A program made the translations under genes and the position numbers. From an uncultured Gammaproteobacteria bacterium (GTDB lineage: Bacteria > Patescibacteriota > Microgenomatia > UBA8517): a stretch of 64,000 nt of DNA. Shown here piece after piece: positions 27,535 through 37,902 of this stretch. Every line of letters begins with the position of its first letter. Position 1 is the stretch's first letter. Location of the stretch: the NCBI GenBank assembly GCA_964429215.1, contig CAYSAY010000001.1:118127-182126 (forward strand). The letters run 5' to 3'. The notes under the pieces were generated by a model. The model searched no databases. It was not told the DNA's origin and saw only the letters and a list, made by a program, of their open reading frames with translations.

Positions 27535-27882
27535 ATGGCAAAAGTATCAAAAAAGGCAGTTAAAAAAGCTACAACAAAGGTTGCTGTCACAAAAGTTGCA
27601 GTTGTTTTAACAACTGAACAAATTAAAGATAGAATTTCAGAATTAAGAATGGAAATGACTCATTATATTAACGAGTCAACTTCAGTTTCAATTTTAGCAT
27701 TACTTTTATTTATTGGTGCACCATCAGTTTTTCCTGAAATAATTAATCCATATTTGCCATCATCTCTAAAAATTATGCAGGCATTTGTTGCAGTGCCATC
27801 ACTTTTCTGGATAATAACAATTTTTGGAAACATGGTTCGTTACTTTAAAATATTAAGCCTTCAAGACAAACTTTCTAAGTAA
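27535..27882 (+). CDS. hypothetical small membrane protein
   Basis: Lys-rich N-terminus followed by two hydrophobic helices. Confidence 0.35.
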   Translation: MAKVSKKAVKKATTKVAVTKVAVVLTTEQIKDRISELRMEMTHYINESTSVSILALLLFIGAPSVFPEIINPYLPSSLKIMQAFVAVPSLFWIITIFGNMVRYFKILSLQDKLSK

Positions 27883-28481
27883 TGATATCTAGGGAAGAAG
27901 CATTCAAATTAGTTACCACTTGGACAGAGAATAAGCAAAGCTTGCCACTTCGTGGTAACAATCTAGTTAAACACATGTTATGTGTTGAGTCGGCTATGGG
28001 TGGTCTAGCTAAACATTTTGGCGAGGACGAAAACTTATGGAAAATCATTGGTTTACTTCATGATGGTGATTATGATAAATATCCTGACAAACATCCACAA
28101 GTTTTGATTGATGAGTTGGAAAAAAACCCGCCTTCGTCCGACTCAGTCGAGGCAGGGAAAATAATAGATGCAATTAGAGCTCATGCTTTTGGTTATAATG
28201 ATTTTAATGTGGAACCGAAGAATAATCTTGAATGGAGTCTTTATTGTTGTGATGAATTAACAGGATTAATTGTTGCAGTTGCATTAATCAGGCCTGAAAA
28301 AAGTTTGTCTGTTGTAACTGTCGATAATGTGTTGTCCAAATGGAATAAAAAAGATTTTGCAAAAGGGGTAGAGAGAAAAAATATTGAATTGTGTGAAGAA
28401 AAATTGGGAATTAAATTAAATGATTTTATTCAAATTGTTTTGACTTCAATGCAAGGAATTTCTAAAGATTTAGGATTATAA
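27882..28481 (+). CDS. HD-domain phosphohydrolase
   Basis: H...HD...D pattern (LLHDGDYDKYPDKH). Confidence 0.6.
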   Translation: MISREEAFKLVTTWTENKQSLPLRGNNLVKHMLCVESAMGGLAKHFGEDENLWKIIGLLHDGDYDKYPDKHPQVLIDELEKNPPSSDSVEAGKIIDAIRAHAFGYNDFNVEPKNNLEWSLYCCDELTGLIVAVALIRPEKSLSVVTVDNVLSKWNKKDFAKGVERKNIELCEEKLGIKLNDFIQIVLTSMQGISKDLGL

Positions 28482-28490
28482 TTATTTTTT

Positions 28491-29114
28491 ATGGTAAAAG
28501 ATGATACTACAGAATATGAAGCTAAGTTTTATCCTGTGATTAAGGATGATTATAGAAAAAAACTTTTATCAATTGGTGCAAGACTACTTAGAGCTGAAAG
28601 GAAAATGATAAGGGTAATTGCAGATAGTAAAGTTAACGACGTAATTCCTAAGATGGAGTACTTAAGAGTGAGAGATGAAGGCCATTTAATAAGATTAAGC
28701 TACAAAACAACCGCAGGAAATGATGGAAAACTATCTGATCAAAAAGAAATAGATGTTGATGTAAGTGATTTTGATAAAACAGTAAAAATTATTGAGGCGT
28801 TGGGAATTAAATTTAATAGGAGACAAGAAACATTAAGAGAAGAATGGTCGTATAAAGGAGCAGAGATTACAATTGATACTTGGCCAGGACTAGATACTTA
28901 TTCTGAAATCGAAACACATTCGGAAGAAGAGGTAAAAGAAATTGCAGAGGAACTAGGATTTGATTGGAATAAAAAAGTAATTACTGCTGATCCGGAAATC
29001 TATGAAAGAGTTTACAAAATCGATATTGAAAAGGCCCTTGATATGACTACAAATATATCCTTTGAGAACAATCCCTTTGAAGGTTTAGAAAAACACGAAT
29101 TGGAGTATAATTAG
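28491..29114 (+). CDS. CYTH-domain protein (triphosphate tunnel metalloenzyme / class IV adenylyl cyclase-like)
   Basis: N-terminal EYEAKF (the ExExK CYTH signature) and beta-barrel-type alternating pattern. Confidence 0.6.
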   Translation: MVKDDTTEYEAKFYPVIKDDYRKKLLSIGARLLRAERKMIRVIADSKVNDVIPKMEYLRVRDEGHLIRLSYKTTAGNDGKLSDQKEIDVDVSDFDKTVKIIEALGIKFNRRQETLREEWSYKGAEITIDTWPGLDTYSEIETHSEEEVKEIAEELGFDWNKKVITADPEIYERVYKIDIEKALDMTTNISFENNPFEGLEKHELEYN

Positions 29115-29117
29115 GAT

Positions 29118-30353
29118 ATGTTAGATATCAAATTCATCAGAGATAATGCAGAGTTTGTAAAAACTGCTACCAAAAACAAAGGTTTTGACGAAACTGTTGT
29201 CGATAAACTTCTTGTAGTGGATGCAGAAAGAAGAAAATTAATAGGAGATACAGAAGAAATACGTGCGAAAAAGAACAAATTGGGTCGTGATGATGTTGAA
29301 GAAGGAAAAAAATTAAAAGTATCACTCAAAGAAGTTGAAGAGAAATTAAAGACTTCAGAATTTGAATTTAATGAATTGATGTTGAAAGTTCCAAATATAA
29401 CTGCTTCGGATGTAAAGGTTGGGACTGAAGAAGATAATGAAGTAATTAAAAAAGTTGGAACTCCTAAAGAATTTTCATTCAATGTTAGAGATCATGTTGA
29501 TATTGGATTATTAACTGACACAATTGATCTGGAAAGAGGTGCTAAAGTTGCTCAATCAGGTTTTTATTATTTTAAAAATGATCTAGTTCTTTTAGAGCTT
29601 GCATTAGAGTTATATTCATTTGAAAAATTAATAACAAAAGGATTTGTACCTGTTATTACCCCAAATGTTGCCAAAGAAAGAAATATTGTAGGTTGTGGAT
29701 TTCAAGCTAGAAGTGATAAAGAGAGACAAATTTATCATTTGGATGGAGAAGACCTTGATTTAATTGCGACAGCTGAAATTACTTTAATGGGGCTTCATGC
29801 TGATGAAGTATTGGATTTTAAAAAGTTGCCATTAAAGTACGTAGGTTTATCTAGTTGTTATAGAAAAGAGATTGGAAGTTATGGAAAAGATGTGCGTGGA
29901 ATTTTAAGAGTCCATGAATTTAAAAAGGTTGAAATGGTTATTTTATGTTCTCCAACTGAATCTGAACGAATTCATGAGGAAATGCTTGCAATAGAAGAGG
30001 AAATATATCAGGAATTAGATATTCCATATCAAGTTATTAAAATGGCAACTGGAGATTTGGGTAATGCAGCAAGTAAAAAATATGATCTTGAAGCATGGAT
30101 GCCATCACAAAATAAATATCGAGAAATTACTTCAACTAGTAATACTACTGATTTTCAAGCACGAAGATTAAATATAAAAACTAAAATAGAAAATGATAAC
30201 GTTTACGTTCATAGTTTGAACGGAACAATAATGACAACATCAAGAACAGTAATAGCAATTTTGGAAAATTATCAAAATGAAGATGGTTCAGTTAATATTC
30301 CTCTAGTTCTTCAAAAATGGATGGGTAAAGAAATTATTAATGTTTCTAAATGA
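29118..30353 (+). CDS. serS: Seryl-tRNA synthetase
   Basis: MLDIKFIRDNAEFV N-terminal coiled-coil arm. Class II motifs with C-terminal GSxxxxxR. Confidence 0.9.
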   Translation: MLDIKFIRDNAEFVKTATKNKGFDETVVDKLLVVDAERRKLIGDTEEIRAKKNKLGRDDVEEGKKLKVSLKEVEEKLKTSEFEFNELMLKVPNITASDVKVGTEEDNEVIKKVGTPKEFSFNVRDHVDIGLLTDTIDLERGAKVAQSGFYYFKNDLVLLELALELYSFEKLITKGFVPVITPNVAKERNIVGCGFQARSDKERQIYHLDGEDLDLIATAEITLMGLHADEVLDFKKLPLKYVGLSSCYRKEIGSYGKDVRGILRVHEFKKVEMVILCSPTESERIHEEMLAIEEEIYQELDIPYQVIKMATGDLGNAASKKYDLEAWMPSQNKYREITSTSNTTDFQARRLNIKTKIENDNVYVHSLNGTIMTTSRTVIAILENYQNEDGSVNIPLVLQKWMGKEIINVSK

Positions 30354-32143
30354 AATTTTTAAAATCAGATTTTCTACGAACTTTTGCAGTTACTAAATGG
30401 GTAGTTTCTATATATTTTAAAAATTACCCTTTATATACTTCAATATATATTTTGACAGAGTTAATTTTAACTATGTCTAATTTATTAAATGCTTATATTT
30501 TAGCTTTGGTAACTGATAAAGCCATTCAAGTTGCTACAGTTGGAATAACAGACATCTTTGATTTTGCTCCGATTATATTATTAATTATTGGATCGTCTTT
30601 ATTTTTCGGATTTATGGGGATAATTAATACTTATGTATGGAGAATGATTACTTATCAAGATAGTTTTATGCTTCGTTCAATGCTTGCTGAAAGACTTGCA
30701 TTTTTAGGAATACAAAACTTAGAAAACCCTGAAATTACGAACAAATCTCAACGATTTAATGAAGAAATAGGAAATATTTCAGGGAATCTTGAAATGGCTA
30801 TAGATATCTTTTCAGGTTTTGTGTTGTTTGTAAGTACTGGGTTAGTATTAATTAATACAGTCCCACTTGTTGCATTATTGTTTGCTTTTGTAATGGTATT
30901 TCAATTTGTTGTAAATCAAAAATTTATTAGAGAACTTTGGGTAGTGAATAGAGATACTACAGAAGATAGGAGAAAATATAATAACTCCTTAGGATTATTG
31001 TCTGAACCAGCACCACTTAAAGAATTAATTTTATCTCATGGAAGGAATTATTTATCGAGTAAGGTAAACATATATATGCAATTCATGATACAAAAAGTAA
31101 AACAAATTAGAATTAATTGGTCGTGGTGGCAAGTAGCTACAAAATTAGCTGATTCAGCAGCTTTTGGATATGGAATAATTGTTATATTACAGAGATTAGT
31201 AGAAAAAGTTATTAGTATTGGTGTGTTAACTTTTGAAGTTAGATCATTAAGAATTTTTGCAGATTCTTTTAGTAATTTTACTGGTAACGTTGTTTCGTTA
31301 AGGGAAAATGCAATAAGGATTGGTGATGTCCAAGAGTTATTTACAAAATATGAGGCAGAAGGGGATGGGAATATAAGTTTAGATAGAGGTACCCCAAAAA
31401 TAGAGCTTACAAATATTTCATTTAAATATCCAAATGCTAGTAAATTAATTTTTAAAGGAATAGATTTGACTATTAATTCAGGTGAAAAAATAGCAATTGT
31501 TGGAGAAAATGGTGCTGGTAAAACAACATTGGTAAAACTACTTTGTAGAATTTATAAAGTAACAGATGGACAAATTAAAGTAAACAATATTGATTTAAAT
31601 AAAATTAAAATTAGTTCGTGGTACAAGAAACTTGCGATTTTATTTCAGGATTACACTATGTATACACATCTAACAGTTAAAGAGAATATAGAAATTGATA
31701 GTTCTGATGTAAGTACTACAAATGAATCTATTTTAAATTCGTTGAAAAAAGCGAATGCTTTATTTGTTATGAAATATAAAAATGGAATTGATCAAATTTT
31801 AAGTGAAAGATATAAAGGTGGAATTAGGCCTTCCACTGGCCAATGGCAGAAAATTGCTATTGCAAGAGTGTTTCATAGAAATTCTCCAGTATTAATTCTT
31901 GATGAGCCAACAGCTTCAATTGATGCAGTCGCAGAAGCAACGATATTTGATAACATCTACAAGTTCGCAAAAAATAAAACAGTAATTATTATTTCTCATA
32001 GGTTTTCAACTGTAAGAAATGCAGATCGAATAATTGTACTTGATAAAGGCAAAATTATTGAGCAAGGAAGTCATGAAGAATTATTAAATAACAATGGAAA
32101 ATATGCAAAAGCGTTTAAACTTCAGGCAAAGGGATACCAATAG
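30350..32143 (+). CDS. ABC exporter, fused permease/ATPase (MsbA-like)
   Basis: Six TM helices, Walker A GENGAGKTT, degenerate signature PSTGQWQ, and Walker B ILDEPTASID. Confidence 0.85.
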   Translation: MKFLKSDFLRTFAVTKWVVSIYFKNYPLYTSIYILTELILTMSNLLNAYILALVTDKAIQVATVGITDIFDFAPIILLIIGSSLFFGFMGIINTYVWRMITYQDSFMLRSMLAERLAFLGIQNLENPEITNKSQRFNEEIGNISGNLEMAIDIFSGFVLFVSTGLVLINTVPLVALLFAFVMVFQFVVNQKFIRELWVVNRDTTEDRRKYNNSLGLLSEPAPLKELILSHGRNYLSSKVNIYMQFMIQKVKQIRINWSWWQVATKLADSAAFGYGIIVILQRLVEKVISIGVLTFEVRSLRIFADSFSNFTGNVVSLRENAIRIGDVQELFTKYEAEGDGNISLDRGTPKIELTNISFKYPNASKLIFKGIDLTINSGEKIAIVGENGAGKTTLVKLLCRIYKVTDGQIKVNNIDLNKIKISSWYKKLAILFQDYTMYTHLTVKENIEIDSSDVSTTNESILNSLKKANALFVMKYKNGIDQILSERYKGGIRPSTGQWQKIAIARVFHRNSPVLILDEPTASIDAVAEATIFDNIYKFAKNKTVIIISHRFSTVRNADRIIVLDKGKIIEQGSHEELLNNNGKYAKAFKLQAKGYQ

Positions 32144-32145
32144 TA

Positions 32146-33285
32146 TTAATTTTCGTAATACTTTTTGCCTTTTAATTTAACTGGCAAGAAACTTTCATTG
32201 TTGTACATTTTGTAATCTTTTCCATATCCTGTATCTTTCATTAATTTAGTAGTGGGATTTCTTATTTTTAATGGAATTGGAAGGTTTCCAAAATTATCAA
32301 TATCCTTTAATGCCGATTCTATGGCATTGTATGCGGATCTGTTTTTCTTTGCAGTGGCGAGATAGATTACTCCGTGGGCAAGATTAATTCTACATTCTGG
32401 AAGTCCTATTATTTGGCATGCCTTAAATACTTCGTTTGCTACAACTAATGCAGTAGGTTGTGCCATTCCAATATCCTCTGATGCAAAAATTACCATACGC
32501 CTTGCAATATATAAAGGATCTTGACCAGCAGAAATCATTCTGGCTAAATAATAAATTGCCGCATCAGGGTCTGACGACCTCATCGATTTAATAAAGGCAG
32601 AAATTGTGTCGTAGAAATTATCACCATTTTTATCAAAAGATAGGGCTCGTTTTTGTAATGCTTGTTCAATATCTTTTGTTAACAATAGTTGATTGTTTGC
32701 AAGTTGAGATGCAATTTCTAAAGTGTTTATCAAAATTCTTGCATCACCGTTACTAGACGCAACTAAAAATTCAAGTGCTGTTTTATCAATTTTAATTTTA
32801 AGATGTTTGGTAACTTTTTTTGAAATATTTAATAGATTATTTTCGTCTAATTGTTTTAAAATTAAAATACGACACCTTGAAAGAAGTGGAGAAATGACTT
32901 CAAACGATGGATTTTCTGTAGTTGCTCCAATTAAAATTATATCTCCGTTTTCTACATGAGGAAGCAGTTTGTCTTGCTGAGCTTTATTAAACCTGTGAAT
33001 TTCATCTAAGAAAATAATTGGTTTCTCATTTATAACTGCTTCAATATCTTTAATTTTTGTATTAACTGCAGAAAATTCATAAAATTTTCTATTAAGCTCT
33101 TTTGCTATTATTCTTGCAAGTGTAGTTTTACCTACTCCAGAAGGACCCCAGAGGATCAAGGATGGAAGATTAGTTACTTGATTAGATAGAAGTTTTGTAA
33201 TAATTCCGTTTACTCCAACTAAGTGTTCTTGGCCAATAAAATCTGATAATTTAGAAGGTCTTAATATTTCTGCTAGTGGTTGCAT
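32146..33285 (-). CDS. rarA: Replication-associated recombination protein A (RarA/MgsA AAA+ ATPase)
   Basis: LRPSKLSDFIGQEHL...LILWGPSGVGKTTLARIIA. Walker B FLDEIHRFNKAQQD. Confidence 0.9.
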   Translation of the reverse strand: MQPLAEILRPSKLSDFIGQEHLVGVNGIITKLLSNQVTNLPSLILWGPSGVGKTTLARIIAKELNRKFYEFSAVNTKIKDIEAVINEKPIIFLDEIHRFNKAQQDKLLPHVENGDIILIGATTENPSFEVISPLLSRCRILILKQLDENNLLNISKKVTKHLKIKIDKTALEFLVASSNGDARILINTLEIASQLANNQLLLTKDIEQALQKRALSFDKNGDNFYDTISAFIKSMRSSDPDAAIYYLARMISAGQDPLYIARRMVIFASEDIGMAQPTALVVANEVFKACQIIGLPECRINLAHGVIYLATAKKNRSAYNAIESALKDIDNFGNLPIPLKIRNPTTKLMKDTGYGKDYKMYNNESFLPVKLKGKKYYEN

Positions 33286-33344
33286 ATAATTAAGTATAGT
33301 CCGAACATTAAACGAAGTAAAGGAAAATATAGTACAATTTCAGT

Positions 33345-33950
33345 ATGTTGGGAACTACGATATTGGAAGAGAGAGAATCGAAATTTAATGGCCACCTCCG
33401 TGTTTTTAAAACTTGGGGGATGGGTACATATATTCAAGCAGGGGGACTTACGCAATCTGGTGGAATTGTGGAATCTATATGGCGAAGCACGCTTCGCCAG
33501 ATAAAGAGTGCAGAGTACATAGTACAAAATATATTAATACTTGGGCTTGGAGGAGGAACACTTGCTAAGTTACTTCGAAAGAAATATCCTAACGCGAAAA
33601 TTACAGGGGTAGAAATTGATCCAATAATGATTGAACTTGGCAAAAAATATTTAGATTTAGACAAATACAATATTGATATAAAGATTCAGGATGCAAGAAA
33701 ATTTAAGTTTGGTAAATATGATTTAGTGATTGTTGATATGTATAACGGAGATAATTTTCCAAAAGAATTTGAAAGTGATGAGTTTTTAAAAAAACTTACA
33801 AAATTTAAACTGACAATAATTAATAGACTCTATTTTGGAGATAAAAGACCAGATACTGTAAGGTTTGGAAATAGATTAGAAAAAATTTTCAAAAATGTGA
33901 ATTGGTTTTATCCAGAAGCAAATTTGATGCTCATCTGTTACAATAGTTAG
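33345..33950 (+). CDS. Spermidine-synthase-like class I methyltransferase-fold protein
   Basis: ILILGLGGGTL...ITGVEIDPIMIELGKKY...YDLVIVDMY. It is paralogous to the C-terminal domain of the def fusion at 23698-25173. Confidence 0.55.
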   Translation: MLGTTILEERESKFNGHLRVFKTWGMGTYIQAGGLTQSGGIVESIWRSTLRQIKSAEYIVQNILILGLGGGTLAKLLRKKYPNAKITGVEIDPIMIELGKKYLDLDKYNIDIKIQDARKFKFGKYDLVIVDMYNGDNFPKEFESDEFLKKLTKFKLTIINRLYFGDKRPDTVRFGNRLEKIFKNVNWFYPEANLMLICYNS

Positions 33951-33958
33951 GCTTTATT

Positions 33959-36595
33959 ATGTTTAAAAATTTATTCAAATTCTTAGATCTAAACCAAAAA
34001 GACGTTGACAGATTGAGTAAAACTGTAGCTTTGATAAATGCTTCTGAAAGTAAATACAAAAAAACTAAACTTGAGGATTTAATAAAAGAATCTGAAAAAC
34101 TTAAAAAACTAATTGCTAGTGGCCAACAGCTAACAGCTGTATTACCTTTCGCTTTTGCACTAGCTAGAGAAACTTCATTTAGAATGTTGGGTCAGAGACA
34201 TTATGATGTTCAATTAATGGCGGCAACTGCACTTTTTGAAGGTAAGATAGTAGAACAAAAAACAGGTGAAGGTAAAACATTATCAGCTGTTCCAGCACTT
34301 TATTTGAGAGCATTGACTGGAAAAGGAGTTCATTTGGTTACGGTTAATGATTTTTTGGCACGTCTTGGTGCAGGTTGGAATGCCCCAATATTTGAAAAGT
34401 TAGGTTTAACAGTTGGAGTTATAGTTCAAGAAAATAAGTCATATGTTTATGATGCAAAATTTACAGATAATACTCATGGAGATGAAAGACTTTCTCATTT
34501 AAGACCATGCTCCAGAAAAGAAGCGTATGCAGCGGATATAACTTATGGAACGAATAATGAATTTGGTTTTGATTATCTTCGAGATAACATGGTTCAAAGT
34601 TTGGACGAGATGGTACAAAGGGAACATTATTTTGCAATTGTTGATGAGGTTGATTCTATTTTAATTGATGAAGCTAGAACTCCACTTATTATATCTGCAC
34701 CTGATTCTGAACCTACACAGAAATATTATCAGTTTGCCCAAATAATTGATAAGTTGCAACTTGATACTGATTTTAAAATTGATGAGAAGAGTAAAAGTGC
34801 ATCGTTAACTGAACAAGGAATTTCAAAAGTAGAAAAAGTATTAGGAATTGATAATTTATATGAAAAAGATTTTGAAAGTATTCATCATATTGAAAATGCG
34901 CTTCGGGCCAGAAGTTTATATCTAAAAGATAAAGATTATGTCGTTAAGGATAACCAAGTAATTATCGTTGATGAGTTTACAGGGCGACTAATGAACGGTA
35001 GAAGGTGGTCTGATGGATTACATCAAGCAGTTGAAGCAAAAGAAGGAGTTGTTATTCAACAGGAGAGTAAAACCTTAGCAACTATTTCATTTCAAAATTA
35101 TTTTAGAATGTATGATCATTTGTCAGGTATGACAGGTACAGCAGTGACTGAGGCTGAAGAATTTAAAAAGATATATAAACTTGAAGTTGTTGCAATACCA
35201 ACACATAGAGATATGGTTAGGGTTGATCAGGGGGATGTAATTTATAAAACTTTATCAGGTAAATATAGCGCAATTGCCGATGAAATTGCTGAAAAATATC
35301 AAAGTGGACAGCCAGTGCTTGTTGGAACGACTTCTATAGAAAAGAATGAAATAATTAGCAATTTATTAAAGAGGAGAAAAATTCCACATAACGTATTGAA
35401 TGCTAAAAATCATGAAAAAGAAGCAGAAATAATTTCCAATGCTGGAAAACTTAAAGCAGTTACAGTTGCTACTAATATGGCAGGAAGAGGAGTCGATATC
35501 ATTTTGGGTGGTGCTAAACCAGAACTTAAAAGGGACATATCTAAATGGGAGAAAAATCATCAGGAAGTAATTGAAACAGGTGGACTTCATGTTATTGGAA
35601 CAGAAAGACATGAATCAAGAAGAATAGATAATCAGTTAAGAGGAAGAGCTGGAAGACAGGGCGATAAAGGATCGTCAAAGTTTTATCTTTCTTTGGAAGA
35701 CGATTTAATGAGGATTTTTGGTGGTGAACAAATAAAATCGTTAATGGACAGGCTAAATATTCCAGATGATCAACCAATAGAAAATCCTTTAGTTAGTCGT
35801 GCAATTGAACAGTCTCAGGTGAAAGTTGAAGGTTTTCATTTTGATACTAGGAAAAGACTTGTTGAATTTGACGATGTTGCTAATCAACAAAGAGAAATAA
35901 TTTACAAACTTAGGAGAAAAGTTTTGGAAAGTGAGAATTTGAAAGATGAAGTTTTGGAGAAATTAGGAAAGCATGCTGGAAGAATTTCTCAAAGTGAAGT
36001 GGATGTAATTGACTATGATATGGTTGTTGCAGGATTTTTAGAAGTTGTTCCGTTTGATGAAAATTCAACTAAAGCATTTAGGAAAGAATTAGAAAAAAGA
36101 GAATCTCCACAAGCAGTTGAAGAATTTATTGAAGCTGTTTTTGCTGATGTTCATAAAAATAGGGAAACTCAGGTAGGGGATGTTACTATGCGCCAAATTG
36201 AAAAATATTCATATCTTGGGGCGATTGATCATCACTGGATAGAGCATATAGATACAATTGATGATCTACGTGAAGCTATTGGACTTCGTGCATATGGACA
36301 GCGTGATCCATTGGTTGAGTTTAAAGGCGAGGCATATAACATGTTTGAGAGCTTGCAAAACAAAATTGATGAAGAAGTGGTGAGAAGGTTGTTTAGAATT
36401 GGAGTTAATCAACAGCCACAAGAAATTCCTACAAACTTAGTTGAAAATGTTGATACTAAAGATGGTACTGGATTAAAACAGAGTAAATCAATAAATCAGT
36501 CATCCAATAATTCAGTAAAACTGGGTCGCAATGATCCATGTTGGTGTAAAAGCGGCAAAAAATGGAAAAAATGTCACTTTCCAAAAGTTGGATAA
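33959..36595 (+). CDS. secA: Preprotein translocase ATPase SecA
   Basis: DEAD motor motifs, preprotein cross-linking domain, and the C-terminal SEC-C zinc motif CWCKSGKKWKKCH. Confidence 0.95.
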   Translation: MFKNLFKFLDLNQKDVDRLSKTVALINASESKYKKTKLEDLIKESEKLKKLIASGQQLTAVLPFAFALARETSFRMLGQRHYDVQLMAATALFEGKIVEQKTGEGKTLSAVPALYLRALTGKGVHLVTVNDFLARLGAGWNAPIFEKLGLTVGVIVQENKSYVYDAKFTDNTHGDERLSHLRPCSRKEAYAADITYGTNNEFGFDYLRDNMVQSLDEMVQREHYFAIVDEVDSILIDEARTPLIISAPDSEPTQKYYQFAQIIDKLQLDTDFKIDEKSKSASLTEQGISKVEKVLGIDNLYEKDFESIHHIENALRARSLYLKDKDYVVKDNQVIIVDEFTGRLMNGRRWSDGLHQAVEAKEGVVIQQESKTLATISFQNYFRMYDHLSGMTGTAVTEAEEFKKIYKLEVVAIPTHRDMVRVDQGDVIYKTLSGKYSAIADEIAEKYQSGQPVLVGTTSIEKNEIISNLLKRRKIPHNVLNAKNHEKEAEIISNAGKLKAVTVATNMAGRGVDIILGGAKPELKRDISKWEKNHQEVIETGGLHVIGTERHESRRIDNQLRGRAGRQGDKGSSKFYLSLEDDLMRIFGGEQIKSLMDRLNIPDDQPIENPLVSRAIEQSQVKVEGFHFDTRKRLVEFDDVANQQREIIYKLRRKVLESENLKDEVLEKLGKHAGRISQSEVDVIDYDMVVAGFLEVVPFDENSTKAFRKELEKRESPQAVEEFIEAVFADVHKNRETQVGDVTMRQIEKYSYLGAIDHHWIEHIDTIDDLREAIGLRAYGQRDPLVEFKGEAYNMFESLQNKIDEEVVRRLFRIGVNQQPQEIPTNLVENVDTKDGTGLKQSKSINQSSNNSVKLGRNDPCWCKSGKKWKKCHFPKVG

Positions 36596-36598
36596 AAC

Positions 36599-37060
36599 AT
36601 GAGTGAAGAAACAGCAACTAATAATACAAAAGATAGTTTGGAAAAAATTCATGGACCATTTGAATCAGTATGGATTCGATTTATCAATTTAAATCCAAAT
36701 ATAAACGATAATAAAGATGCGTATACTGATATATTCATAGTTGAAAATCCTGATGATGAAGTTTCAATTTTGAGGGTGAATGAAGTAAAAGGTCAAAAAT
36801 GTAGAATTATGCCATTTAGTGCAATTCCTGATGGTGTGTTAAAGTTTTTGTTAAATAAACATGCTAGTGGATCACAAATTCCATGTCGAGAAGGTGCATC
36901 TGAAGCAACTATAAATTTTGAGGAGGTAGATGTATTAGAATCTAATAGATTTGAATATCCGATGGTAGAAAAATTAGAAGTTTTACCTGTTATGATAACC
37001 ACAACTGCCGATCCTGATTTTTTAGGCAAATTATCTGAAATTACGCAAATTTATAGTTAG
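36599..37060 (+). CDS. hypothetical protein
   Basis: ORF only. No recognised family. Confidence 0.35.
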   Translation: MSEETATNNTKDSLEKIHGPFESVWIRFINLNPNINDNKDAYTDIFIVENPDDEVSILRVNEVKGQKCRIMPFSAIPDGVLKFLLNKHASGSQIPCREGASEATINFEEVDVLESNRFEYPMVEKLEVLPVMITTTADPDFLGKLSEITQIYS

Positions 37061-37095
37061 TTGACTTCGGGGATGATTCGTATTATTGTTAATAT

Positions 37096-37902
37096 ATGAC
37101 TGATACTCAAATAGCATTATTTAGAAATAAAGGGATACGAAAAACTATGTATAAAGGCGATTGGTATTTTGTGATAGTTGATATAATTTCTGCATTAACT
37201 GATTCAATTCAACCTTCAGGATATATTAAAGATATGCGAAGGCGTGATCCAGAACTTTCTAAAGGGTGGGGGCAAATTGCCACCCCCCTTTTGATAAATA
37301 CTGTAGGTGGGAAGCAAAAAATGAACTGTGCCTCGACAGAGAATATCTTAAGGATTATCCAGTCCGTACCATCACCTAAAGCAGAACCGATGAAGAGATG
37401 GTTGGCCAAAACTGGTTTTGAAAGAATTCAAGAAATTGAAGATCCGGAACTTGCAACAAAAAGAACTAGGTATTTATATAAAGCAAAAGGATATCCAGAT
37501 TCTTGGATTGAAAAAAGAATGCGTGGTATTGTAATTCGAGAAGAGCTTACAAATGAATGGAAAAACAGAGGAATTGAAAAAGATTTAGATTACAAAATAT
37601 TAACTGCTGAAATTTCGAAAGCTACATTTGATGTAACTCCATTTCAATACAAAAAGCTGAAAGGCTTGAGAAGACAAAATTTGAGAGATCATATGGATGA
37701 TTTCGAATTAATTTTTACTATGCTTGGAGAAAGGTCGACAACAGAAATTCATAAAGTTGAAAACTCGCGAGGTTTTACAAAACTTAAAAAAGATGCAGAA
37801 GAAGGTGGTGAAATTGCAGGTGTTGCCAGAAGGAAATTAGAAAAGAGAATAAAAAGATCAATTGTAAGTGGTAAAAACTTTCTTTCTGATAAGATTAAAT
37901 AA
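37096..37902 (+). CDS. Bro-N domain protein (phage antirepressor / DinD-like)
   Basis: The N-terminal IALFRNKGIRKTMYKGDWYFVIVDIISAL matches the Bro-N pattern (F.F....IR.....Ge.WF.a.DVa..L), followed by a basic C-terminal helical region. Confidence 0.5.
   Translation: MTDTQIALFRNKGIRKTMYKGDWYFVIVDIISALTDSIQPSGYIKDMRRRDPELSKGWGQIATPLLINTVGGKQKMNCASTENILRIIQSVPSPKAEPMKRWLAKTGFERIQEIEDPELATKRTRYLYKAKGYPDSWIEKRMRGIVIREELTNEWKNRGIEKDLDYKILTAEISKATFDVTPFQYKKLKGLRRQNLRDHMDDFELIFTMLGERSTTEIHKVENSRGFTKLKKDAEEGGEIAGVARRKLEKRIKRSIVSGKNFLSDKIK

Noticed and set aside
33273-33527. 84-aa minus-strand ORF and 74-aa plus-strand ORF in the rarA/MTase divergent region
   Set aside because: They overlap the RarA start and the MTase-fold gene respectively, and they have no features. 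This is more likely promoter space plus the true 33345 start.
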